DNA from: Terrimicrobiaceae bacterium
Lineage (GTDB): Bacteria; Verrucomicrobiota; Verrucomicrobiia; Chthoniobacterales; Terrimicrobiaceae
Direction of reading: 5' to 3'
Length of the DNA: 64,000 nucleotides
Assembly: GCA_041752695.1 (NCBI GenBank)
Contig: JBGSVZ010000046.1
Location: 13,083-77,082, forward strand
Made by a program: the position numbers and the translations under genes. Shown piece by piece: positions 18,107 to 27,914 of the stretch (the first letter of the stretch is position 1; each line of letters begins with the position of its first letter). The notes beneath the pieces were generated by a model. The model worked only from the letters and a program-made list of their open reading frames with translations. It was not told where the DNA came from and did no database searches.

Positions 18107-18895
18107 CTACGCAATGTGACGTACCAGCCCGCCGTCCACACGCACTGCGGCGCCATTGATGGCGGAGGCGAGGGGGCTGCAGAGAAAGGTGACGGCATCG
18201 CCGATTTCCCTTGGGTCGATCAGCCGTTCGATGAGCGACGTCGGGCGGTTCTCCCGCATAAAACGGCGCTCGGCGTCGGCTTCAGAAAGCTCCGGGAAAA
18301 TGTCCGCGATGAATTTCGTCACACCTTCTGTTTTCGTGGAGCCGGGCAGAACGGTGTTGACCGTGACCCGTGAACCTTTGGTCAACTCCGCCAGACTGCG
18401 CGAGATCGAGAGCTGCATGGTCTTGGTCGCGCTGTAGTGGGCCATCTCGGGAGCGGGCGTGAGGCCGGATTCGCTGGAAATGAAAATCACTCGGCCCGCA
18501 TTGGTCTCGATCATCTTTTTCAAGTAGTGGCGCGCCAAACGCACCCCGCTCATGATGTTCACCTCAAAGAGCCGTAACCAGGCTTCGTCCGTCTCTTCAA
18601 AGAAGCCCACGGCCTCGTAAATGCCGAGGTTATTGACGAGGATATCCACGGTAGGAAATGCCTGGATCGTGGCTGCCGCGCCTTCCGCTGTGCCGTTGTC
18701 CGAGGCCAGGGTTTCCAGGCAGGCCGCGGGATGGGTGCGGCGAACTTCCGCCGCCGCCTTTTCCACCGAGGCGGCGGAGCGTCCATTGAGAATCACCCGG
18801 GCTCCCTCGGCGGCGAGGGAGCGGGCGATTTCGAGGCCGATGCCGCCGGTGGAGGCGGTGACGAGGGCGAGTTTGCCGGCAAGTTGGAGATCCAT
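18107..18895 (-). CDS. SDR family oxidoreductase
   Basis: [22 protein letters not shown] (YxxxK). Confidence 0.9.
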   Translation of the reverse strand: MDLQLAGKLALVTASTGGIGLEIARSLAAEGARVILNGRSAASVEKAAAEVRRTHPAACLETLASDNGTAEGAAATIQAFPTVDILVNNLGIYEAVGFFEETDEAWLRLFEVNIMSGVRLARHYLKKMIETNAGRVIFISSESGLTPAPEMAHYSATKTMQLSISRSLAELTKGSRVTVNTVLPGSTKTEGVTKFIADIFPELSEADAERRFMRENRPTSLIERLIDPREIGDAVTFLCSPLASAINGAAVRVDGGLVRHIA

Positions 18896-19350
18896 CAAGG
18901 TTTGCCGCCGTAACTCACGTGATCGTCGAGATCGAGCAGGTGGAACAGCGTGTTGATGTCCGTGCGATCGGGCGCGATCTTGGCATGAGTTTCCTGAAGG
19001 AATCCGCGCATGCCCAGATCTTCCGGCGTGGTGTGTTCGGCGTAATTCGACCAGGCGGCGATTTCGGGGGCGGACGGTTTGTTTTTGCTGTTGGCCAAAA
19101 TCCAGGCGAGGGCTTCGCCGTCCCCCTCACCAGCGGCGAGTTGCGCCTTCAGACCCTCGGCGTCGAAGTCGAGGAACCCTTTGAGGTATCCATCGAGCGG
19201 ACAATCATAATGATAGTCTCCGAGGGTTCCGGCAAGGGCGGCACGGCCTTTGTCGAGCATGCGGGGCAGGATGACGAATCCGCCAAGGCGGACGCGCGGG
19301 CTGCGGGGTGGGCGTTTCGTGAGGTCGGGGGCTTTGCTGTCTGTGTTCAT
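18895..19350 (-). CDS. DUF5069-like protein
   Basis: [11 protein letters not shown]...[10 protein letters not shown]...[10 protein letters not shown]...DLDD pattern. Confidence 0.7.
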   Translation of the reverse strand: MNTDSKAPDLTKRPPRSPRVRLGGFVILPRMLDKGRAALAGTLGDYHYDCPLDGYLKGFLDFDAEGLKAQLAAGEGDGEALAWILANSKNKPSAPEIAAWSNYAEHTTPEDLGMRGFLQETHAKIAPDRTDINTLFHLLDLDDHVSYGGKP

Positions 19351-19360
19351 AGTTTTTTAG

Positions 19361-20395
19361 TTAGTTAGTTGGGAAAGGGTTGCGTTCGGTGAAATTTAGT
19401 TGGTGAAAATACGGATACGTCAGCGGCACCGCACTGGCGGCATCGAGACGGGCGACTTGATCGACGCTAAGATTCCACCCGACGGCTCCGAGGTTTTGCC
19501 GAAGCTGTTCCTCGTTGCGCGCGCCGATCACGATGGTGGAAACCGTGGGCCGCTGGAGCAGCCAGTTAAGGGCGATCTGCGGAACGGTTTTCCCGGTTTC
19601 CGCGGCGATTTCGTCAAGCACATCCACCACCCGGTAAAGAAGTTCGTCCTCCACCTGCGGGCCGACATCCACATTGAGCTTCGATTGCAGACGGCTGCCA
19701 GCGGGCACCGGTTGGCCGCGGCGAATCTTGCCGGTGAGGCGGGCCCAGCCGAGCGGACTCCACACCACCGCACCAACTTTTTGATCAACTCCCAGCGGCA
19801 TGAGTTCCCATTCGTAACTGCGGCCCACCAGCGAATAATAGGCCTGATGCGCCACGTAGCGTGGGTAGCCGTATTTTTCGGAGACGGCGAGAGACTTCAT
19901 AAGGTGCCACCCGGAGAAATTCGAGCAGCCCACGTAGCGGATTTTTCCGGCGCGCACGAGATCGTCCAGCGCGCTGAGCGTTTCCTCGACCGGCGTGAGG
20001 GCGTCGAAGCTATGAAGTTGGAAAAGATCGATGTAGTCGGTGCGCAGGCGCTTCAGCGCGGAATTCACCGCGTTGATCAAATGAAACCGCGAGGAGCCGA
20101 CATCGTTGGGCCCGTCGCCGGAACGAAAGGTCGCCTTGGTCGAGATGAGGACTTTGTCGCGGCGTCCGCCGACCGCTTCACCGAGGATCTCCTCGGCCGC
20201 GCCGCCTGAGTACACATCCGCGCTGTCAAACATCGTCAGCCCCGCATCAAGACAGACGTCCACCAGCCGCCTGGCCTCCGCCACATCGCTGGCTCCCCAG
20301 GCGGCAAAGAGTTCACCCTTTCCGCCGAAGGTTCCGGTTCCTAATGTTAATACCGGAACTTTGAGTCCCGATCCGCCAAGTTGTCTGTATTCCAT
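19361..20395 (-). CDS. Aldo/keto reductase
   Basis: MEYRQLGGSGLKV, FDSADVYS.G, LRTDYIDLFQLH, GKIRYVGCSN. Confidence 0.92.
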   Translation of the reverse strand: MEYRQLGGSGLKVPVLTLGTGTFGGKGELFAAWGASDVAEARRLVDVCLDAGLTMFDSADVYSGGAAEEILGEAVGGRRDKVLISTKATFRSGDGPNDVGSSRFHLINAVNSALKRLRTDYIDLFQLHSFDALTPVEETLSALDDLVRAGKIRYVGCSNFSGWHLMKSLAVSEKYGYPRYVAHQAYYSLVGRSYEWELMPLGVDQKVGAVVWSPLGWARLTGKIRRGQPVPAGSRLQSKLNVDVGPQVEDELLYRVVDVLDEIAAETGKTVPQIALNWLLQRPTVSTIVIGARNEEQLRQNLGAVGWNLSVDQVARLDAASAVPLTYPYFHQLNFTERNPFPTN

Positions 20396-20399
20396 AATC

Positions 20400-21407
20400 C
20401 TAAAAAGTGAGGACGACCTTGCCGAAGTGCTCGCCACTTTGCAGATGCCGGTAAGCCTCCACGGCATCGGCGAAGGCAAACTCCCGATCAATGACGGGCC
20501 TGAGCGCGTGGCGTGCGATGGCTCGATTCATCGCCTCGAACATCTCGCGGTTGCCCACATAAATGCCGCGGATGAGCGCATTGCGGCCGATGATGTCCAA
20601 CAACGGGGTCTGGGTCGTAAATCCACTCACGCCGCCAATCACGCTGATCGTCCCGCCCAGGGCAAGAGCCTGGAGCGATTTGGCAAAGGTGTCGGAGCCG
20701 CCAACTTCCAGCACATGATGGACGCCGACCTTGCCGGTCAGCCGGAAGACCTCGCGCTCCCAATCGGGCGTGGTGCGGTAGTTGATGGTGTAGTCCGCGC
20801 CGAGCGCGCTGGCGCGTGCGAGCTTTTCGTCACTGCTGGAAGTGAGAATGACACGGGCGCCGTGCATTTTGGCGAACTGCAGGCCGAAGAGCGACACACC
20901 GCCGGTGCCTTGCAGCAGCACGGTGTCGGAGGCACTGACCCCACCTTGGAAAACCAGCGCGTTCCAGGCCGTCAGCGCCGCGCAAGGGAGGGTGGCCGCT
21001 TCGGCAAAACTGAGATGCTCCGGAACGGAAACCACGCCATCGGCGGAAAAGACCACCTTCTCCGCCAGCACTCCATCAATCGCTCCGCCGAGGGCGGATT
21101 CGCTCACGCCGCGATGCAGGCCTCCACGGTGCCAGTTCTGGAAAAATGTTCCCGCCACCCGGTCGCCGGGTTTCCATTGGGAAACGCCCTCGCCCACGGC
21201 GAGGATTTCTCCGGCACCATCGGAAAGCGGCACGCGGGGAAGGTCGACTTTGCCATAGTTTCCGCTGATGACCATAAGGTCGCGGAAATTGAGCGAGGCG
21301 GCGCGAAGCCCCACCAATACTTGTCCGGCGGCAGGTTGAGGGTCCGGGAAATCGACGAGCCTGAGGCCATCCAGACTTCCGGTGGAAACAACGTGATAAG
21401 CTTTCAT
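20400..21407 (-). CDS. NAD(P)-dependent medium-chain alcohol dehydrogenase / quinone reductase family
   Basis: [36 protein letters not shown]. Confidence 0.9.
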   Translation of the reverse strand: MKAYHVVSTGSLDGLRLVDFPDPQPAAGQVLVGLRAASLNFRDLMVISGNYGKVDLPRVPLSDGAGEILAVGEGVSQWKPGDRVAGTFFQNWHRGGLHRGVSESALGGAIDGVLAEKVVFSADGVVSVPEHLSFAEAATLPCAALTAWNALVFQGGVSASDTVLLQGTGGVSLFGLQFAKMHGARVILTSSSDEKLARASALGADYTINYRTTPDWEREVFRLTGKVGVHHVLEVGGSDTFAKSLQALALGGTISVIGGVSGFTTQTPLLDIIGRNALIRGIYVGNREMFEAMNRAIARHALRPVIDREFAFADAVEAYRHLQSGEHFGKVVLTF

Positions 21408-22444
21408 CGGGCGTTCTTGAGAGAGGCGTTAAGCTGGGGAATTTGGGAAAATACTTCGGCCAGGATTTCAAACGACCGCAGGCGCGCCTGGTGGTCGTAA
21501 ATATGGGCCGTGGCCACGATCTCGTCCGCCCCTGTCGCGGCCAGGATGGCTTCCAAGCTTTGGTGCACCGTATCCGGCCCACCGACGACAGACACTTGCG
21601 TCATGCGACCCACGTGGGCCGCTTCGATGGGATTCCATCGGCCGTCCATGGTTTCCACCGGCGGCGGCATTTGTTTCGGATGGCCGCGGATGAGGTTAAG
21701 GAAAAGCTGCTGAAGGGTGGTGAAAAGCCGCTCCGCCTCGGCGTCGGTGTCGGCGGCAAACACATTCACGCCGACCATGGCATGGGGCGCGGAGAGCGAC
21801 GCGGACGGTTGAAATTGCGAACGATAAATTTGGAGAGCCGGTTGCAGATAGTCCGGCGCGAAGTGGGAAGCAAAGGCAAAGGGCAGGCCCATTTTGGCGG
21901 CAAGTTCCGCGCTGAAGGTACTCGAACCCAGCAGATAGATCGGCACCTCGAGCCCCTCTCCCGGAATGGCCCGCGGAGCCGCCCCCCGGTTGGGTGAAGC
22001 CCGAAAATATCCCTGGAGTTCGCGGACATCCTGCGGGAACGAGTCGCCGCTGCTGCCGAGGTTACGACGCAGGGCGCGGGCCGTCAGTTGATCCCCGCCC
22101 GGAGCGCGGCCGAGCCCGAGATCAATCCGCCCGGGAAAAAGCGACTCCAGCGTGCCGAATTGTTCCGCAATGACCAGCGGCGCGTGATTCGGCAGCATGA
22201 TCCCGCCGGACCCCACACGGATGTGTGAAGTGCCCGCTGCGATGTGGCCGATGACGACCGACGTCGCCGCGCTGGCCACGCCGGGAATGTTGTGGTGCTC
22301 AGCCACCCAATAACGGTGGAATCCCCAAGCCTCCGCATGGCGGGCCAGGTCGAGCGAGTGGCGAAACGCCTCCGCCGCCGTGCCGCCTTGCGGGATCGGG
22401 CACAGGTCGAGAACCGACAACAAAATGTCAGACCGGGACTTCAT
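21404..22444 (-). CDS. LLM-class (luciferase-like) flavin-dependent oxidoreductase
   Basis: [44 protein letters not shown]. Confidence 0.9.
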   Translation of the reverse strand: MKSRSDILLSVLDLCPIPQGGTAAEAFRHSLDLARHAEAWGFHRYWVAEHHNIPGVASAATSVVIGHIAAGTSHIRVGSGGIMLPNHAPLVIAEQFGTLESLFPGRIDLGLGRAPGGDQLTARALRRNLGSSGDSFPQDVRELQGYFRASPNRGAAPRAIPGEGLEVPIYLLGSSTFSAELAAKMGLPFAFASHFAPDYLQPALQIYRSQFQPSASLSAPHAMVGVNVFAADTDAEAERLFTTLQQLFLNLIRGHPKQMPPPVETMDGRWNPIEAAHVGRMTQVSVVGGPDTVHQSLEAILAATGADEIVATAHIYDHQARLRSFEILAEVFSQIPQLNASLKNAR

Positions 22445-23501
22445 CAGGTTGGTAAAACGGATAATCGGTGTATCCCTTCGCCCCGGGGGCATAAAAGGTG
22501 GACGGATCCGGGGCATTGAGCGGCGCTCCCAGACGAAAACGTTCGGGCAGGTCCGGGTTGGCGATGTAAGGGACGCCGAACGCCACCGCGTCCGCCTCGC
22601 CCGCCGCCAGCGCCGCATTGCCGGTTTCCAGGGTGAACTTTTCGTTGGCGACATACACGCCTCCGAAGGCTTCTTTCAATTTGGGCCCGATGCGATTGTC
22701 GCCGAGCGCCTCCCGGGCGCAGATAAACGCGATCCCGCGGCGGCCCAGCTCCTTCGCCACATAACCAAACGTCGCCAGCGAATCCGAATCGCCCATGTCG
22801 TGGGCGTCGCCCCGCGGAGCGAGGTGCATACCGACCCGATCTGCTCCCCAGACGGAAATGACCGCGTCCGTCGCCTCCAGCATCAGGCGGGCCCGGTTTT
22901 CGATCGGCCCGCCGTATTCGTCCGCGCGGTGGTTCGTCGAGTCCTGCAAAAACTGGTCGAGCAGGTACCCATTGGCACCATGAAGTTCCACGCCGTCAAA
23001 TCCCGCCGCCAGCGCGTTTTCCGCGCCCTTGCGATAGGCCGCGATGATGCCGGGAATTTCTTCCAGGGTCAGCGCCCGCGGTGTGACAAATTCCTTGATT
23101 GGTCGCACGAGACTCACATGCCCGGCCGGCCGGATGGCGCTCGGAGCAACCGGCGTTTCACCGTTGAGAAAGAGTGGATCCGAGATGCGCCCCACATGCC
23201 AGAGTTGGAGCGCAATGTGTCCGCCCCGCTCGTGGACGGCCTGCGTAATCAGTTTCCACCCCTCCACCTGTTCCTGCGACCAGATTCCGGGTGTCTCCGC
23301 ATAACCCACACCCATCGGCGTCACCGAGGTCGCCTCCGTGAGAATAAAACCGGCCGTGGAACGCTGACGGTAATATTCCGCCATTAGCGCGTTGGGCACC
23401 CGTTCCGTCCCGGCGCGGCTGCGCGTGAGCGGGGCGAGAAAAATGCGGTTCGGGAGGTTCCACGCTCCGACGGTCAGGGGATCGAATAAGGTTTTTGCCA
23501 T
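22428..23501 (-). CDS. nemA: Alkene reductase / old yellow enzyme (NemA-like)
   Basis: [49 protein letters not shown]. Confidence 0.9.
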   Translation of the reverse strand: MAKTLFDPLTVGAWNLPNRIFLAPLTRSRAGTERVPNALMAEYYRQRSTAGFILTEATSVTPMGVGYAETPGIWSQEQVEGWKLITQAVHERGGHIALQLWHVGRISDPLFLNGETPVAPSAIRPAGHVSLVRPIKEFVTPRALTLEEIPGIIAAYRKGAENALAAGFDGVELHGANGYLLDQFLQDSTNHRADEYGGPIENRARLMLEATDAVISVWGADRVGMHLAPRGDAHDMGDSDSLATFGYVAKELGRRGIAFICAREALGDNRIGPKLKEAFGGVYVANEKFTLETGNAALAAGEADAVAFGVPYIANPDLPERFRLGAPLNAPDPSTFYAPGAKGYTDYPFYQPDEVPV

Positions 23502-23515
23502 AGGGTGTTATATAA

Positions 23516-23531
23516 TTGACTGGTCAGTAAA
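23516..23531. promoter_or_regulatory. Putative TetR/NemR-like operator upstream of the nemA operon (TTGACTGGTCAGTAAA)
   Basis: 13/16 identical to the palindrome upstream of the tetR gene. Confidence 0.65.
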
Positions 23532-23549
23532 GGCTTCGTTCAGAAAAAG

Positions 23550-24161
23550 TCAGACGAAAGCCGCTTCGGCGCGAGCGTCGAGCAGGCGAAAGATATTGGC
23601 TTTCAGATCGCGCAGGGGGTCGAGGCTGTTGAGGATTTTAGCCTGGAGCAGAGCGCCTTGAAAAAGGGAGAAACCCCGTTCGGCGGCCTCGCGCGGGTTA
23701 CCCTCCGGGATCAGTCCCTCACTCTGCGCATCCCGGATGGCGGATTCCAGATACCGGATATACCGACGCAAAATTTCCGCGGCTTTGAGTCGGATGTTTT
23801 CCTCCTGCGTGCTCAGCTCCGCGCCCAGCGTAATCATCGGACAGCCGCAGACTTTTCCGTAAGCAGCCAGCTTGTTCTCCTGACCGCGAAGGGCCCCGTC
23901 GCAAAAACCTTCCAATCGGGCCAGCGGGGGAATCTGCGGCGAAAAAAGGGCATCCAGATCGGGCTGCTTGCTTTTCCAGTCCGCCTCCATCGCCGCCACA
24001 GTGAGGTCGGACTTCGACGGGAAAAAATGGTAAAAACTGCCCTTCTTCACCCCAGCCTTGCGGCAGATATCATCTACGCTCACCGAGCCGTAGCTGCTTT
24101 CCCAAATGAGCTCCATCGCCGTGCTCAAGAGCCGGCCTTTGGATTCGCATTCGGATTTCAT
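23550..24161 (-). CDS. TetR/AcrR family regulator (NemR-like)
   Basis: SVDDICRKAGVKKGSFYHFFPSK HTH; GCP..TLGAEL; sits upstream of nemA. Confidence 0.88.
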   Translation of the reverse strand: MKSECESKGRLLSTAMELIWESSYGSVSVDDICRKAGVKKGSFYHFFPSKSDLTVAAMEADWKSKQPDLDALFSPQIPPLARLEGFCDGALRGQENKLAAYGKVCGCPMITLGAELSTQEENIRLKAAEILRRYIRYLESAIRDAQSEGLIPEGNPREAAERGFSLFQGALLQAKILNSLDPLRDLKANIFRLLDARAEAAFV

Positions 24162-24174
24162 GAGGGGACTATAG

Positions 24175-24190
24175 TTGACTGATCGGTCAA
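24175..24190. promoter_or_regulatory. Putative TetR autoregulatory operator TTGACTGATCGGTCAA
   Basis: Inverted repeat TTGAC-N6-GTCAA 13 bp upstream of the tetR start codon. Confidence 0.7.
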
Positions 24191-24238
24191 TTGTCAAATC
24201 CGGAGGATCTCTTTTCATCAGAAAATCATCTCGCCTCT

Positions 24239-24254
24239 ATTCTAGTGCTAGAAT
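24239..24254. promoter_or_regulatory. Putative PadR operator ATTCTAG-TG-CTAGAAT
   Basis: Perfect 7-bp inverted repeat 20 bp upstream of padR. Confidence 0.6.
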
Positions 24255-24274
24255 TACGATTCTCCAACTAGAGG

Positions 24275-24811
24275 ATGAAAAGCAAGACCCTGACCGACAA
24301 TGAACTCCTGGTTCTCGGCCTGGTGGCGGAAATGCCCCGGCACGGGTACGAGCTGGAGCAGATCCTGATCGGGCGGGGAATGCGCGAGTGGACCCAGATC
24401 GGATTTTCCTCCATTTATTTCGTTCTCGGCCAGCTGGAAAAGAAGAGTCTGGTCGTGGCCGGGAAGCCGGCGAGCGCCAAAGCAAAAAAGAGCTTTTCGA
24501 TCACGGAGACAGGCCGCCAGGCCCTGGTCAAGGAAACCCTGGCGGCGCTCGCAAACATTCGGTCCTCATCCTCTCCACTGCTCATCGGCATGTTGCACTG
24601 GTTCGTTCTCAGCCGTGACGAGGCGCTGGGAGCTCTGCAAAAGCGCGGCGAGTTGATCCGGCGGGAACTTGTCCGCCTGGAGTCCATCCAATTCGAGCAG
24701 CAGCCCCTGCCGGACCATGTGGATGCCCTTTTCGACTATTCCCTCCATCAACTCCGGGCCGAATCCAAGTGGATCAGCAAAACCTTGAAGTACATGCGAA
24801 CCAAACCCTGA
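24275..24811 (+). CDS. PadR family transcriptional regulator
   Basis: LGLVAEMPRHGYEL...SIY..L..LEK...FSITETGR. Confidence 0.88.
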   Translation: MKSKTLTDNELLVLGLVAEMPRHGYELEQILIGRGMREWTQIGFSSIYFVLGQLEKKSLVVAGKPASAKAKKSFSITETGRQALVKETLAALANIRSSSSPLLIGMLHWFVLSRDEALGALQKRGELIRRELVRLESIQFEQQPLPDHVDALFDYSLHQLRAESKWISKTLKYMRTKP

Positions 24812-24821
24812 AACCCACCCC

Positions 24822-25448
24822 ATGAATCTCGAAACATTTACCCATCGACTGAACGAACTGTATCAACCACCCGCCGGAAAACTGACCTTCGTGGAGGTGC
24901 CGGAAATGCGATATATGATGATCGATGGAGAGGGAGACCCGGACACCAGCAACTTTCGCGCGTCGGTTAAATGGCTTTTCTCCCTCGCGCATCTCATCAA
25001 ACCCCAAATCAAAGCAAAACTCGGTGCCCGTTTTGTGGAGCCGCCACTGGAATGCCTTTTTTGGTCGGATCAGGATGTGGACTTCGCGTCCGGGCGGAAA
25101 GATCTCTGGAAGTGGCGCGTGATGATTGTCGTACTGGACTTTGTGACGGAGGAACTTTTTCAGGACGCCGTCGTCAAGGCAGAGGCCAGGCTCGGTTCCC
25201 GGCCTGCGTCCCTGGGGCTCGAGTCCTATCGTGAAGGACGCTGTGTCCAGACGTTGCATAACGGGGACTACGCCGGCGTCGCGAAGGTCTGCCAGACTCT
25301 TTATCGGGATTTTCTTCCCGCCCATCATGCGAAGCCCGGCGGGTATTATCACGAAATTTACCTGAATGATCCCAATCGTGTCGCTCCGGAAAATCGTCGG
25401 ATGGTCATTCGACAGCCTGTGGCGTCGATCGAGTTGGACGCGATTTGA
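24822..25448 (+). CDS. GyrI-like small-molecule-binding domain protein
   Basis: YMMIDGEGDP, PPLE.LFW, WKWRVMI, CVQTLH.G.Y, HEIYLNDP, IRQPV. Confidence 0.8.
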   Translation: MNLETFTHRLNELYQPPAGKLTFVEVPEMRYMMIDGEGDPDTSNFRASVKWLFSLAHLIKPQIKAKLGARFVEPPLECLFWSDQDVDFASGRKDLWKWRVMIVVLDFVTEELFQDAVVKAEARLGSRPASLGLESYREGRCVQTLHNGDYAGVAKVCQTLYRDFLPAHHAKPGGYYHEIYLNDPNRVAPENRRMVIRQPVASIELDAI

Positions 25449-25478
25449 CAAAAACGCATTTTCGTGCATTATTCGTGC

Positions 25479-25718
25479 ATGGCGACAAAAACCATCACCT
25501 TGGAGTTGGATGCCTACGACAAGTTGAAGGCGGCCAAAAAGGCCGGGGAGTCCTTTACGGAAGTGGTGCGACGCGCCTCGTTTGCGAACGCTCCGCTGAC
25601 GGGCTCGGACCTCAGGATTTACCTTCGCGCGGGCGGCAGCGGGGTGAGCGAGAGCTACCTCAAAGCCGTGGAAAAAGCTGCCCTCCACGATCCCATTCCT
25701 GACGACCCGTGGGCTTGA
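25479..25718 (+). CDS. vapB: Antitoxin (VapB-like, DUF217 type)
   Basis: MATKTITLELDAYDKLKAAKKAGESFTEVVRR; TTGACA at 25445 and a TTCGTGCAT direct repeat upstream. Confidence 0.8.
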   Translation: MATKTITLELDAYDKLKAAKKAGESFTEVVRRASFANAPLTGSDLRIYLRAGGSGVSESYLKAVEKAALHDPIPDDPWA

Positions 25719-26101
25719 TCCTCGACACCAGTTTTGTCATTCAGGCGGAACGTGAGGCGAGGCGCGGACTGTCCGCTCGCACTGAAGACTTTCTCGCCCG
25801 CCATGCCGCGGAAAGTTTCTTCATCACCTTTACCGTGGCGGGAGAACTGGCCTGCGGCCAGTCCGCCCAAATTCGCCGGGATTGGGAGCACCTTTGCCGT
25901 CCCTATCCGATTTTGCCATGGACCCTGGAAATCTCCTGGCAATACGGGGAAATTTATCGGTCCCTCGCAGCAGCTGGAACCCTCATCGGAGGGAACGACC
26001 TTTGGATTGCCGCAACTGCTGTTGCCCATGGTCATGGCATTGTGACAGCCAACGCGGATGAATTTCGCCGAGTTCCGGGCCTGTCGGTGGAAGCATTTTA
26101 G
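25709..26101 (+). CDS. vapC: PIN-domain toxin (VapC family)
   Basis: LILDTSFVI, GEL..G, IGGNDLWIAATA, VTAN..EF.RVPGL. Confidence 0.9.
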   Translation: MGLILDTSFVIQAEREARRGLSARTEDFLARHAAESFFITFTVAGELACGQSAQIRRDWEHLCRPYPILPWTLEISWQYGEIYRSLAAAGTLIGGNDLWIAATAVAHGHGIVTANADEFRRVPGLSVEAF

Positions 26102-26121
26102 CCTGGATCTGGGAGCAGTCG

Positions 26122-26271
26122 GCCACGGGTTTCACGGATGGAAACGGATCAAATTCTGGAAACATATGAGTTGCTGATTGGCCGCTCGTGCCCAAGAAAT
26201 TCACCCAGAGAGGAAGTTGCTTGGTCTTCCTATCATCCTCATCATCCGGGAGTTTTCGTGAAATCCGTGGC
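26122..26271. repeat. 150-bp MITE-like segment with 17-bp imperfect terminal inverted repeats (GCCACGG[G/A]TTTCACG[G/A]A)
   Basis: 26122 GCCACGGGTTTCACGGA versus reverse complement of 26255-26271 GCCACGGATTTCACGAA (15/17). Confidence 0.65.
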
Positions 26272-26319
26272 TCTCATTTCCGTTTTTAGGTTTAGCCGCA
26301 TCCACATCGGGATTGTCTG

Positions 26320-27339
26320 ATGACCAAAAACGCCACCTCCAAAGTTCACTGGATTCGCAGCAACGGGTTTTTGCTCGGGCTGCTGCTCGCCGTCGTGCTG
26401 GCCTTTCTGTTGCCGGGCCCCGGATCGCGCGGCGGCGTGCTCCACGCAGAGCTGCTGAACACTGCCGGCATCGCGCTCATTCTTTTCCTCCAGGGTCTTT
26501 CCCTCGCTTTCGAAAAAATCCGCAGCGGGGCGGGCAACTGGCGGCTGCACGTCATCATCCAGTCCTTCACCTTTGTCATTTTTCCCCTGGTCGGCCTGCT
26601 TTTTGACGCGGTCATGACCTTGGTCTGGCCGGATGCTCCCGAGGGAGTCCGGCAGGGTTTGCTGTACCTGTGCGTGCTGCCCTCGACCGTTTCCACGTCG
26701 GTCGTGCTCACCGCGGTGGCCGGCGGAAACACCCCTGGCGCGCTCTTCAACGCGGCGTTTTCCAACATCGTCGGGGTTGTCCTCACACCCGTGCTTGTGC
26801 AGGTCCTCATGGAAAAAACGGGGACGTCCGCGCCTTTCGGGCCGCTCTTGCTCAAGATCGTGCTGCTCACGCTGGTGCCCTTTGCCCTCGGCATGGTGCT
26901 GCGCAATTTCGGGAAAGACTGGGTGGACGCGCGAAAAATCTGGGTTACCCGGATCAGCAACGCGGTCATCCTTTTCATCGTGTACAGCGCCTTCTGCGAC
27001 TCGGTGCAGGAAAAGGTCTGGCAGCGTTACGGTCTTCTCCTCACCGCCCAGGTGCTTCTGCTCGTGAGCCTGCTTTTTGGTGTCATGTCGCTGCTGGTTT
27101 TTGGGGCCAACCGGATCCTGCGGCTCTCCCGCGAAGACGCCATCGCGTCGTATTTCTGCTCGGTGAAAAAGACCCTTGCCATGGGCGTGCCCCTCGCGCT
27201 GCTGATCTTCGGCAACACCGCGGACCTCACCCTCATCCTTCTGCCCACCATGTTTTACCACCCGCTCCAGCTCTTCGTGAACGGCGTGCTGGCCAATCGC
27301 TGGGCGCGGGCAACGGAGAATCGAGTGTTTCCTTCATGA
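26320..27339 (+). CDS. Bile acid:sodium symporter family protein (YfeH/SBF-like)
   Basis: IFFLQGLSL, LPSTVSTSV..T..AGGN, FCSVKKTLAMGVP, YHPLQL. Confidence 0.85.
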   Translation: MTKNATSKVHWIRSNGFLLGLLLAVVLAFLLPGPGSRGGVLHAELLNTAGIALILFLQGLSLAFEKIRSGAGNWRLHVIIQSFTFVIFPLVGLLFDAVMTLVWPDAPEGVRQGLLYLCVLPSTVSTSVVLTAVAGGNTPGALFNAAFSNIVGVVLTPVLVQVLMEKTGTSAPFGPLLLKIVLLTLVPFALGMVLRNFGKDWVDARKIWVTRISNAVILFIVYSAFCDSVQEKVWQRYGLLLTAQVLLLVSLLFGVMSLLVFGANRILRLSREDAIASYFCSVKKTLAMGVPLALLIFGNTADLTLILLPTMFYHPLQLFVNGVLANRWARATENRVFPS

Positions 27340-27611
27340 ACGACAATCTTCCCATTCTCGAAAACTCCGCGCTCAGCCGCCTGGAAATCGCCCTCGGGGG
27401 CGAGCTGGCGGTGTTGGAGTACCGGGTCGACGGCGGCCGCATGCTCTTCACCCACACCGGAACGCCACCCGCCTTCCGGGGGCGAGGGATTGCGGAGCGG
27501 CTGGTGCTCGAAGGGTTCCGCCTCGCACGAGAACGGAATCTGGAGATCGTTCCCGTGTGCAGCTACGTGGCCGCCGTGCTGCGGAGGCACCCGGAATTTG
27601 CCAATTCGTAA
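27336..27611 (+). CDS. Small GNAT family acetyltransferase (YjdJ-like)
   Basis: FTHTGTPPAFRGRGIA, IVPVCSYV...HPEF. Confidence 0.85.
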   Translation: MNDNLPILENSALSRLEIALGGELAVLEYRVDGGRMLFTHTGTPPAFRGRGIAERLVLEGFRLARERNLEIVPVCSYVAAVLRRHPEFANS

Positions 27612-27653
27612 CCCGGCCTTGCGCAGAAGCGCGAAGTTCGTGACATTTGCACC

Positions 27654-27672
27654 ATTGCGAACGATTCTCATT
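27654..27672. promoter_or_regulatory. Fur-box-like site upstream of feoA
   Basis: ATTGCGAACGATTCTCATT resembles the TGAGAATnATTCTCA 7-1-7 Fur repeat. Confidence 0.55.
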
Positions 27673-27679
27673 TACTGAA

Positions 27680-27913
27680 ATGCAAAAGACACTGGGACAA
27701 ATCCGTCACGCCGCGCCACTGGAGATTGTGGCCGTGCTGGGCGACTGTGTTCGGGCCGGGCGTCTGGCCGCGTTGGGGTTTTTGCCGGGGGGACGCATTC
27801 GCGTCTCGCATGTGGCTCCGCTGGGTGACCCCATTTCGGTTTCTTTTGGGGGACAGGAAATCAGTGTGCGCCGGTCCGAGGCCAATCTGATTGCGATTCG
27901 CGAGTTGGACTGA
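27680..27913 (+). CDS. feoA: Ferrous iron transport protein A
   Basis: RLAALGFLPG...APLGDPI...ISVRRSEA. Confidence 0.9.
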   Translation: MQKTLGQIRHAAPLEIVAVLGDCVRAGRLAALGFLPGGRIRVSHVAPLGDPISVSFGGQEISVRRSEANLIAIRELD

Positions 27914-27914
27914 C

